A DNA stretch of 64,000 bases from Macrostomum lignano (Eukaryota), in the NCBI GenBank assembly GCA_002269645.1, contig NIVC01001077.1, forward strand, positions 1-64,000. The letters run 5' to 3'. The translations under genes were made by a program, and so were the position numbers. The notes below the pieces were generated by a model. That model searched no databases, was not told where the DNA came from, and saw nothing but the letters and a program-made list of their open reading frames with translations. This document shows positions 1-14,168 of this stretch, piece by piece. Positions within the stretch are counted from its first letter, which is position 1. Every line of letters begins with the position of its first letter.

Positions 1-324
1 AAGCGCGCCTGCATGCCAGACTCTCCGGTCCGCTCCGAGAACGCGCAAAAATGCGATGCAGATATGTTTTGCTTTGCTGTTATTCTTAGTGTGAGAAAAA
101 ATGGTGACTGTGTTTGCAGTTTACACACTGCCTGTCTTCTGCTAATAGCTCCCTTTTCTGGGGGGGGGCTGCGACACACACACTGTGCTGAAAGACGCAG
201 TTCGGGACAAAAAACACTAGATTCAGCAAATCTGCGCATGGACCCGATGTGGCATTTCTGCAATCAATTGTAGCAATATCGATTTCCTGTCTGTCACGAA
301 GCCAGCTCTCTCGAACCCCCGCAG

Positions 325-3435
<3,111 letters not shown>

Positions 3436-4161
3436 CGGACAGACTGACGCCGACACGTCCCGAGGAACTGCAAGACCGGCACCCTGCCAGCACTGCCGGA
3501 ACCGTTGCTCCGTTAAAACAGAGTTATTAAATTATTACATTATAATTACATGTCTAAACACTGCATACACGGGGTAGAGAGCGTCACTCGGTGTTAAATG
3601 TGATTCATTCTTTGCTGCTGTTTGCTATTTGTGTGGAAATTTCATTTGATAAAACAATAGGGTTCATTTTCAGAGAGCTTATATACATACATGCGTATAT
3701 AATTCTGTCAAAGCACCTGTCGAATGTTTTCCTTAACTTACTATTTTAGATAGATACCCTAGTTTAAATACACACACAGACACACCGGCCCCCGAGTCCC
3801 ACATGTTGGTCGCCTGCCGCCACAGCTAGCAACTGAATAACTGCCATTGCCCTGTACAGATTTATTATAACAAATTTGATTGAATTTTGCTCGCGTTAAA
3901 TTTGTTTGTTTGTTCAACGTGCGTGTTTTTTGTTTTTTAGTCACGTAAAACTCTGCCTCTCGTCTGTGGTCGGCTCTGAATATTGCTGTTATTATTATTA
4001 TTACTATTACAATTACTAATATTACTATACATACTATAAACTACAGCATATATAAACACGTGACTGCAGTACGAAAGTCAAATTGAAATTGCTCTAGAAA
4101 TGTGTTGCCCAGCAGCCGATTCTCAGTTGATGTCGGTCGGCTATTGCTTATCAACTTGTTG

Positions 4162-4167
4162 AATAAA
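4162..4167 (+). terminator. Candidate poly(A) signal of Meis
   Basis: AATAAA about 730 nt after the stop, at the end of an AT-rich 3'UTR-like stretch. Confidence 0.45.
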
Positions 4168-4406
4168 AGATAATTAGTACAGCTCATAAATATACTAAAT
4201 AATCCTAAACCCTCTTAGTTGAACTGATGTCTGATTTTGCCCACGCAGATTGTAAACCTTTCTGCCCCACTCCAAAAAATAAAATTTGTTCAACTGCTTT
4301 GAGAGCAAGGATATTCATTCTTGCTGCTCGTGAGCACTGAAGAAGCTTCACCGAAAGGGTTTCTGGTGTTCCAAACTAATTCAGTTAATACTTTTTTAGA
4401 AGTTTG

Positions 4407-5161
4407 GCTTTGGGATTGTGAAGCTTGGGATTGTGAAGCTTGGGGATTGTGAAGCTTGGGGATTGTGAAGCTTGAGGATTGTGAAGCTTGAGGATTGTGA
4501 AGCTTGAGGATTGTGAAGCTTGGGGATTGTGAAGCTTGGGGATTGTGAAGCTTAGGGATTGTGAAGCTTAGGGATTGTGAAGCTTAGGGATTGTGAAGTT
4601 TGAGGATTGTGAAGCTGGGGGATTGTGAAGCTTGAGGATTTTGAAGCTTGAGAATTGTGAAGCTTGAGGATTTTGAAGCTTGGGGATTGTGAAGCTTGGG
4701 GATGTAAAGCTTGGGGATTGTGAAGCTTGAGGATTGTGAAGCTTGGGATTGTGAAGCTTGGGGATTGTGAAGCTTGAGGATTGTGAAGCTTGAGGATTGT
4801 GAAGCTTGAGGATTGTGAAGCTTGGGGATTGTGAAGCTTGGGGATTGTGAAGCTTGGGGATGTGAAGCTTGGGGATTGTGCATCTTAGGGATTGTGAAGC
4901 TTGGGGATTGTGAAGCTTGAGGATTGTGAAGTTTGAGGATTGTGAAGCTTGAGAATTGTGAAGCTTGAGGATTTTGAAGCTTGGGGATTGTGAAGCTTGG
5001 GGATGTAAAGCTTGGGGATTGTGAAGCTTGAGGATTGTGAAGCTTGGGATTGTGAAGCTTGGGGATTGTGAAGCTTGAGGATTGTGAAGCTTGAGGATTG
5101 TGAAGCTTGGGGATTGTGAAGCTGGGGGATTGTGAAGCTGGGGGATTGTGAAGCTGGGGGA
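4407..5161. repeat. 16-bp minisatellite (GCTTGGGGATTGTGAA)
   Basis: Direct inspection. Confidence 0.95.
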
Positions 5162-5887
5162 TTCGATACAACATAAAAGTTGTATAAACGTGAATGTTTA
5201 ATTAATTAACTCAAATTCCGCGTATTGCACAGCCATATGCTTTTAAACTTTGACGGAAAGTCTCACTCACACAGCCAGGTCTGTGACTGAGTTGAGAACT
5301 AAATAGCGGACTTTATTTGAGGTTTTAGGCGATATCAGGAGCCCCCCCCCCACCCCGATCGATAATATCTATCACGCTCCCAGCGGGGAGTCGCGGCCGC
5401 ATACGAAATAATTATCTGAGAGACAGATTTTTTCAACAGCTGAAACACCCTGCCAATGCAGCCAGCCTGCCGCAATCCCCCCGATTGTAGGCCAATAAAA
5501 CTGTCGCGGTATTAAAAAGGGTTGAATATGGCGGTTTAAGATACAGCAGCGGTATATACAACTTTTTGATATATTGCTCACTTGGCCCAGCCAGCGGACC
5601 AGCGCAGGAAAATTACACGCACGTTTAGCATTTCGATTGAAGAGGCCGGCGGCCCAATATGGTCGACTAATTTTTTGGGGATTCGCCGTTTTTTTATCTT
5701 GAATTGGATCGGCTAAATGAGTGTTTGTTTGCTGTGGGGCGCGTGGGGTCGCGTTTTTTTGGGAGATTCCGGCTGCACAGATGGAGGCAAATGCAGGCAT
5801 TCTGGCTGGACAACAGGTGGGATATTAATGGGTTGAATGAATTGGGGATATTGTTAGTGCCAGACACCGGAAGCACTCATTTGTGGC

Positions 5888-6592
5888 GAGATTTTCGAGA
5901 TATCTATGGGGATTTTCGGGAGATTCTTGGGGAGATTTTCGGGAGATTCTTGGGGAGATTTTCGGGAGATTCTTGGGGAGATTTTCGGGAGATTCTTGGA
6001 GAGATTTTCGGGAGATTCTTGGGGAGATTTTCGGGAGATTCTTGGGGAGATTTTCGGGAGATTCTTGGAGAGATTATCGGGAGGTTCTTGGGGAGATTTT
6101 TGGGAGATTCTTGGAGAGATTTTCGGGAGATTCTTGGGGAGATTTTCGGGAGATTCTTGGGGAGATTTTCGGGAGATTCTTGGAGAGATTTTCGGGAGAT
6201 TCTTGGGGAGATTTTCGGGAGATTCTTGGGGAGATTTTCGGGAGATTCTTGGAGAGATTATCGGGAGGTTCTTGGGGAGATTTTCGGGTGATTTATGGGG
6301 AGATTTTCGAGAGATTCTTGGAGAGATTTTCGGGAGATTCATAGGGAGATTTTCTATAGATCCATGGGATACTTTCGGGAGATTCATGGAGAGATTTTCG
6401 GGAGATTTGTGGGGAGATTTTTAAGAGATTCATAGGGAGATTTTCGATAGATCCATGGGAAGATTATTGAGAGATTCATGGGGAGATTTTCTATAGATCA
6501 ATGAGGATATTTTCGGGAGATTCCTGGGGAGATTTTGAGGTGTTTGGGAGATTCATGGGGATATTTTTATAAGATTTAAGGGGAGATTTTCA
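5888..6592. repeat. 12/24-bp minisatellite (GGGAGATTTTCGGGAGATTCTTGG)
   Basis: Direct inspection. Confidence 0.93.
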
Positions 6593-7319
6593 GACTATAT
6601 TTTCATAGGCCAATTCTGGTAAAGTTTACGGGATTATGTTCGGAATCTGTTGCTAGTTGTTCTAATTAGTTTTCTAATAAAGTACGTGGGTGTTTTTAAG
6701 AACAGTCAAGTCATTTAATTAAATACGAGCTAGTAACTACGATTTCCAAAGCTACACACAGGGATTTCAAACGGGTTCCGCTGACCGGAACGCCGCCGCA
6801 AAGCATTTATAAAAATCGGCGGTTGCTGCAGAAGCAAGTTTTAGACAACTAAATAATAATCAGTTTTAAACTGCCGCTGCTAGGGTTGCGGTAAGCGGAC
6901 GGGGCAGCAAGGCGCGTCTCTCTATTGAATTCTTTTGAACATCCCGCCAGGCCCAGGGGCAGCCACGCGTTCCGCATTCCGAGGACTGCCAATCGACTGC
7001 AATATACTTTGCTTTTGCTATTTTGCTGATGCAGTCCTGGCGCGTACGACTCCGCCCTGCCTCCTCTCTCTCTCCCTCTGTGTCTGCATTTTATCGGAAC
7101 AGCTGGTCCCGGGGCTCTTGATTGCCCGATGCGCGGACCAGCCGCTTGCGGAATCCTCTATGGCCCGCGATGGTTTTGCAAAAAAAGCACAACACTTATT
7201 TTCCGTTTGGTCCAAGTCTTAGTCCAAGCAGGCCCCGGAATCACTGTCTGGGGTTAGAAATCCTTCCCAGATCTGCAGCTTTTTATAGACAATTGCAGGC
7301 TCACAAAGTCACTGGAGAT

Positions 7320-7618
7320 TAGATTTTAGCGCAACAGACTAGATTTTTGCGCCACAGAGTAGATTTTAGCGCCACAGACTAGATTTCAGCGCCACAGAAT
7401 AGATTTCAGCGCTGCTGACTAGATTTTAGCGCCACAGAATAGATTTCAGCGCCAAAGACTAGATTTTATAGCGCCGCTGACTAGATTTCAGCGCCACAGA
7501 CTAGATTTTAGCGCCATATACTAGATTTCAGCGCCACAGACTAGATTTTAGCGCCACAGAATAGATTTCAGCGCCAAAGACTAGATTTTATAGCGCCGCT
7601 GACTAGATTCTCAGCGCC
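7320..7618. repeat. 20-bp minisatellite (AGATTTTAGCGCCACAGACT)
   Basis: Direct inspection. Confidence 0.92.
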
Positions 7619-7804
7619 AAGGGTCTCCTCTAGCCATCTCCATCTCTGGTCCACGTTCCTTAGGGTGACTGCAAGTTTCCCGTCAAATTTTAATTTAATT
7701 AATAATAATTTCGCATTTCAGTTTATAAGTCGCAATCAGCAGAATTATTGAGGAGTTGGTCACTCCAGATTCAAGGCTCATAAACTCCTTGATCTAGCTC
7801 GTAC

Positions 7805-9860
7805 CTGTGGCTTTATATTATTAACTGAAAACAGTTTGCATTGTTGATTCAGAACTGGAAGCTGGAACAGCGGCAGGAAGTCAGGGTGGTAGCGCTGCGG
7901 CTCCGCCTTCCATTGCAAACCCAGAAATCCGCGGTCCACAAGCGACCCGCGCCTATTTAGAAAATGCCAGTTGTTAGGAGAATATAGGCTGGGAGCAACC
8001 TGTAGATAGGAGCAGATTTAAAACAACCCGCAGTTCGAACTGCGGTGCCTGCATTAGAAGTAAAAAATAACTGGGACCCACCAGTATTAGCTCTCGACCT
8101 TTTATTTTGACTCCGACTGGCTCTCTGTCTCTCTAGTAGCAGTTAGGCGTTAATCCCATTTCAGCCAGTGCCCAAGTAATCCCCACTTTAATCCATTTGC
8201 ATAAGGTTTGTGGCAGGACCTATTGCTTGGGAAAGGGGAGAGGTGTGCCAGCAATCTGAGAGTTTAAGGGTCACTACAAGGCTGCAGAGTGTGCCATAAC
8301 CCCGCAGAGGGTGCCAGAGAGTGCCATAACCCTGCAGAGGGTGCCAGAGAGTGCCATAACCCTGCAGAGGGTGCCAGAGAGTGCCATAACCCTGCAGAGG
8401 GTGCCAGAGAGTGCCATAACCCTGCAGAGGGTGTCAGAGAGTGCCATAACCCTGCAGGGTATCATAGCACTGCAGAGGGTGCCATAACACTGCAGAGGGT
8501 GCCAAGTGCCATAACACTGCATAGGGTATCATAGCACTGCAGAGGGTGCCAAAACCCTGTGGAGGGTGCCAGAGAGTGCCATAACCCTGCAGGGTATCAT
8601 AGCACTGCAGAGGGTGCCATAACACTGCAGAGGGTGCCAAGTGCCATAACACTGCATAGGGTATCATAGCACTGCAGAGGGTGCCATAACCCTGTGGAGG
8701 GTGCCAGAGAGTGCCATAACCCTGCAGGGTATCATAGCACTGCAGAGGGTGCCATAACACTGCAGAGGGTGCCATAACACTGCAGAGGGTGCCAAGTGCC
8801 ATAACACTGCAGAGGGTATCATAGCACTGCAGAGGGTATCATAGCACTGCAGAGGGTATCATAGCACTGCAGAGGGTATCATAGCACTGCAGAGGGTATC
8901 ATAGCACTGCAGAGGGTATCATAGCACTGCAGAGGGTATCATAGCACTGCAGAGGGTATCATAGCACTGCAGAGGGTATCATAGCACTGCAGAGGGTATC
9001 ATAGCACTGCAGAGGGTGCTATAACCCTGTAGAGGGTGCCAGAGAGTGCCATAACCCTGCAGAGGGTGCCAGAGAGTGCCATAACCCTGCAGAGCGTATC
9101 ATAGCACTGCAGAGGGTGCCAGAGAGTGCCATAACACTGCAGAGGGTGCCAAGTGCCATAACACTGCAGAGGGTATCATAGCACTGCAGAGGGTATCATA
9201 GCACTGCAGAGGGTATCATAGCACTGCAGAGGGTATCATAGCACTGCAGAGGGTATCATAGCACTGCAGAGGGTATCATAGCACTGCAGAGGGTATCATA
9301 GCACTGCAGAGGGTATCATAGCACTGCAGAGGGCGCCATAACACTGCAGAGGGCGCCAAAACACTGCAGAGGGCGCCATAACACTGCAGAGGGCGCCATA
9401 ACACTGCAGAGAGGGCGCCATCAATGCAGTGGTACCACTAGGACACTCGCTTAATCCCGCAAAGATATCCTCTCATGGCAGCCTCAGAAAAAACCTATCG
9501 AAGCTGACCGAGCTCGCGTCTTCCCCATCGCGCTTGAAAAACATGCACGACTAAACAAATAAGCCGCTTCCCTGTTTATTCTACAATGCTATCAAAACTT
9601 GTGCGTCGCGGAAGAGCGACTCAGTGGCTGAGGCTCGCTACCTTGGCCAGGATTTGCATGTAAATTAAAAGGCTGCCATGCGTAGCCAACTGCACGGCCG
9701 AGTGGACAGAGACTGACAGCGGAGAGAGGCAGGGGAGTGGCTGATCAGATAGTTGAGTAGATACACGCAGACGCGAGTAGGTCAGCAGATAGAGATGCAT
9801 GTTTCTATCTTTACCATGGTTCGGTGTTGCATTCATTTTTAATAGAAGTTCGAGACACCA
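7805..9860 (-). CDS. Core of a putative multi-exon gene of unknown function. Exons 9860-9815, 9712-9642, 9550-9509, 8048-8000, 7952-7805; the gene may extend from about 13474 to about 4200.
   Basis: Five short GT-AG exons splice stop-free to [118 protein letters not shown]. The 47-nt intron 7953-7999 has a CCTAAC branch site. Family not recognised; splice sites were partly chosen to fit phase. Confidence 0.4.
8287..9420. repeat. 20/30-bp minisatellite (CACTGCAGAGGGTATCATAG and variants)
   Basis: Direct inspection. Confidence 0.95.
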
Positions 9861-9895
9861 CTGAAATATTTATTTGAGACAAAATTATATTTAAG

Positions 9896-9984
9896 ACAGT
9901 CTGTCAGTGTGTCTGTCTTAGTCTGTCTGACTGTCTGTGTGCCTGCCTGCCTTTCTGTTTGTCTGTCTGTCAGTCAGTCAGTCA

Positions 9985-10075
<91 letters not shown>

Positions 10076-10093
10076 AGTCAGTCAGTCAGTCTT

Positions 10094-10126
<33 letters not shown>

Positions 10127-10343
10127 GTCTGTCTGTCAGTCAGTCTGTCTGTCTTTCTGTCTGTCTGTCTGCCTGTCTGTGTCTGTCTGTCTGTCTGTCT
10201 GTCTGTCTGCCTGCCTGTCTGTCTGTCTCTGTCTGTCTGCCTGTCTGTCTCTGTCTGTCTGTCTGTCTATCTGTCTCTGCCTGCCTGTCTGTCTGTCTGT
10301 CTGCCTGTCAGTCAGTTTGTCTGTCTGTCTGTCTGTCTGTCTG

Positions 10344-10414
<71 letters not shown>

Positions 10415-10422
10415 GTCTGTCT

Positions 10423-10461
<39 letters not shown>

Positions 10462-10642
10462 TTAGTGTCTGTCTTAGTGTCTGTCAGTCTGTCTGTCTTT
10501 TTGTCTGTCTTAGTGTCTGTCAGTCTGTCTTAGTGTCTGTCTTAGTGTCTGTCAGTCTGTCTGTCTTTCTGTCAGTCAGTCAGTCAGTTTGTCTGTCTGT
10601 CTGTCTGTCTGTGTCTGTCTGTCTGTCTGTCTGTGTCTGTCT

Positions 10643-10681
<39 letters not shown>

Positions 10682-10892
10682 TTAGTGTCTTAGTGTCTGT
10701 CAGTCTGTCTGTCTTTCTGTCTGTCTGTCAGTCAGTCAGTCTGTCTTAGTGTCTTAGTGTCTGTCAGTCTGTCTGTCTTTCTGTCTGTCAGTCAGTCAGT
10801 CTGTCTTAGTGTCTTAGTGTCTGTCAGTCAGTCTGTCTTTCTGTCTGTCAGTCAGTCAGTCTGTCTTAGTGTCTTAGTGTCTGTCAGTCTGT
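9896..10892. repeat. Compound (GTCT)n/(GTCA)n microsatellite
   Basis: Direct inspection. Confidence 0.95.
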
Positions 10893-11576
10893 CTTTTTTT
10901 ACTATCCGTCGGTCTGGTTATTTACTAGACGTATTGGCAAGAAAAAAGAAAATAATAAACTTTGATTGGATCTGAAAGTTGAGACTAAAACTAAAAGATC
11001 GTACAAATCCTTCCGTGTACATGTACTTGGCCCTTGCACTAAGACTATGGGCGCAGGACTAACAGCCGATCAGCGATGATTCATGCAGAGTCAGCCAGTT
11101 CTCAGTGACTTACTAAGCAAGCCGAGAGGGGCTCGATATGCGATGGCCCATCGGTCTGTTTGGGAAGGGCATCTGATAGATAACAGTCGGGCAGGGGATT
11201 TCCTGAGTTGTAAAGAGGAGGCAAGGATGGAGAAACCAGCTGAGAAGACGACTCAAATGAAAAAAACAACTCTTCCTGATCTTAACTGACTTTCTCTCAA
11301 TCTGACGTTGCTGTCGTAAACATGAAATCCCTTAGATAAGTAGCGGGAGTCAAATATCCAATTGATTTTATTGTCCAGGATGTCAGTCTTGAATTGTAAA
11401 ACCGCCTTACCGTCCGCATATCTGCAATTATCTGTCTTGCAATCAGTTTGCCTGTTAAGCTGGTAAATCTGAGTGGGCAGACGTTTGTCCCACCAGACTG
11501 TCTGGCTGTCTGTTAGTGTTTGTCTTTGCGTCTGCCTTGCCTTACCGCACGTCTGTAAAACTGTCTTTTTGCCTGT

Positions 11577-11583
11577 CCATCTA

Positions 11584-11620
<37 letters not shown>

Positions 11621-11725
11621 GTCTGTCTGTCTCTGTCTGTCTGTTTGCCTGTCTGTCTGCCTGTCTATCTGTCTCTGCCTGCCTGCCTGTCTGTCTCTCT
11701 GCCTGTCTGTCTCTGTCTGTCTGTC

Positions 11726-11760
<35 letters not shown>

Positions 11761-11931
11761 GTCTGTCTGTCTGCCTGCCTGTCTGTCTGTCTCTGTCTGT
11801 CTGCCTGTCTGTCTCTGTCTGTCTGTCTGTCTATCTGTCTCTGCCTGCCTGTCTGTCTGTCTGTCTGCCTGTCTATCTGTCTCTGCCTGCCTGCCTGTCT
11901 GTCTCTCTGCCTGTCTATCTGCCTGTCTGTC

Positions 11932-11982
<51 letters not shown>

Positions 11983-12106
11983 GTCTGTCTGTCTGCCTGC
12001 CTGTCTGTCTGTCTCTGTCTGTCTGCCTGTCTGTCTCTGTCTGTCTGTCTGTCTGCCTGTCTATCTGTCTCTGTCTGCCTGTCTATCTGTCTATCTGTCT
12101 GTCTGT
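11577..12106. repeat. (GTCT)n microsatellite
   Basis: Direct inspection. Confidence 0.95.
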
Positions 12107-12619
12107 CCAACTGCGGCGAATCGCTTTCATTCATCTGCTTCATGTTCGCACCGACTAGCTAAAATAACAAAAACAATCAGACACGAGAAAGCAGCCGAGG
12201 GCAGAACCACAAATATGATGGACGCGAATGCCCGTCCGAGTTCTCCGACTCAAACAGAGCAGGTGCGGATGGGATTACAGAAGCAGCGCATTCTTCTATC
12301 ATCCCTAAGCCAGTTGAAATCCTATGGGGGATCTTCTTAAAGCCTCTCTCCGTTGGTATCCAGAGTTTTCCTACAAGCTAATAATAAATGAAGAAAAATT
12401 GCATTCTGCCGGCCATTAATCAGATGTCGCTGGGGGGGGGGGTTTACCTGGGGCAGTTCTGTTTTGACAGACGAACAAACTGAATGACAACACGAGAGAT
12501 ATTAGACAGCAAAGCTTGGAGAATAATATTCTCTTACTATACTACTATATAGTTGGTCTAGTAGCAATGCCAGATTATGCCAGCTAAAATAAGCTGTTGC
12601 CCGTTATGGTCAGTAGACA

Positions 12620-13020
12620 GTGAGTGAGTGAGTGAGTGAGTGAGTGAGTGAGTGAGCGAGTGAGTGAGTGAGTGAGTAAGTGAGAGAGTTAGTGAGTGAG
12701 TGAGTGAGTGAGTGAGTGAGTGAGTGAGTTAGTGAGTGAGTGAGTGAGTGAGTGAGTGAGTGAGTGAGTTAGTGAGTGAGTGAGTGAGTGAGTGAGTGAG
12801 TGAGTTAGTGAGTGAGTGAGTGAGTAAGTGAGTGAGTGAGTAAGTGAGTGAGTGAGTTAGTGAGTGAGTGAGTGAGTGAGTTATTGAGTGAGTGAGTGAG
12901 TGAGTAAGTGAGTGAGTGAGTGAGTGAGTGAGTGAGTCAATCAGTGAGTGAGTTAGTGAGTGAGTGAGTCAATCAGTGAGTGAGCCAGTGAATGAGTCAG
13001 CGAGTCAGTGAGTCACCCGT
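12620..13020. repeat. (GTGA)n microsatellite
   Basis: Direct inspection. Confidence 0.95.
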
Positions 13021-13601
13021 CCACCCAACCACTTACTCAAGTCAGTCAGTGAGTCAGCTAATGAGTTAGCTAATAATCGAGCCAATGAGTCAATGAATCA
13101 GTTAGTGACAAAAATCGTGCTTGAAAATAACATAAAAAAGATTACAAACGAAAGCTCGCATAAGCTACAGTACATCTGAGGAATTTTTTTATCAAATAAC
13201 GATCTTGAGCTTGTGCTGAAGATTAAATATTATTTATATTTGTACTTGTAAACAGCAAGGCTTACATGCGGTGAAGAAAGTGCACTACGTAAACCGCATA
13301 GACAGGCACAGTTACTCCGTGGCTAAGCTAGATCGTATTTGTTCCATGTCAATCAGTGACTAGAACTATAAATTTTTATAAAAAAGTCGAGTAGTTTCTG
13401 ATTAAAACAAATCATAGTAGCATTTGAGCTTCACTAACAATAACTATCCTTACCATAGTAACAGAAGGCGCCATTTAAATAAAAAAGACACGAGAAGTTA
13501 ATAAGAAAACAAACAACTGAAGCTATAGAAAATCGAGTTGATGATAAATAAAACAAGCAAGCTAAAAAAGTTCTGTTTAAAAATAAAGCTTTTGCTTTGA
13601 T

Positions 13602-13615
13602 GTTGTCATAGCAAC
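13602..13615. promoter_or_regulatory. RFX X-box-like element
   Basis: GTTGTCATAGCAAC fits the palindromic X-box. It lies about 130 nt upstream of a minus-strand ATG (13474) that is followed by a GTAAGG donor (mini-exon MAPSVTM, 13474-13454). Confidence 0.45.
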
Positions 13616-13723
13616 TAGAGTTGACAATTCATTGAAGGGAAGACGAGAAAATTAGGTAGGTAGAGAAATAGAGATTATAGTGTATCACCGCTCCTACTGA
13701 TCTCTTATTCAAAGTTAATTGCG

Positions 13724-14101
13724 CAACATATCGGTAGCTGTCCGCAGTAGTCTATGGTCTCCTATTACATATTCTGTAGCTTTGGACGTATTTGGAAGAT
13801 ACTTATCTCAATAGTCTGAGACACCGTTTTAATTCTTTATTTAATTTACAAAGCAGATTACACAACATATCGGTAGCTGACCGCAGCAGTTTACAATCTC
13901 CTATTAAATCCACTGTAGCTCCGAATCTGTTCGGAAGATACTTATCTCTATAGTATTAAAACTATAAAACAAACTATAAACTAAAATGTACACAACATAT
14001 CGGTAGCTAGCTGTTTGTAGGTCTTTGGGGTACCTGCTGAGAATTCAGAGATTCATTATCAAATTTGTTAGGAACAAAATTACTTTCACAACATATCGGC
14101 C
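13724..14101. repeat. Degenerate ~130-bp tandem repeat anchored on CAACATATCGG, downstream of the FBXL8 stop
   Basis: The anchor recurs near 13724, 13862, 13992 and 14090; the first two units align over about 95 nt. Confidence 0.7.
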
Positions 14102-14168
14102 ATTGGTACATGCAGTGTACACATCAGACAAATACTATTAGTAGTATTGCAGCAGCTTAATTAACTGC

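Noticed and set aside
4584-12340. Repeat-derived ORFs (PQASQ, GDFREIL, CHNPAEG, SVCL, RQTD)
   Set aside because: Peptide periodicity equals the DNA repeat period and several frames on both strands are open.
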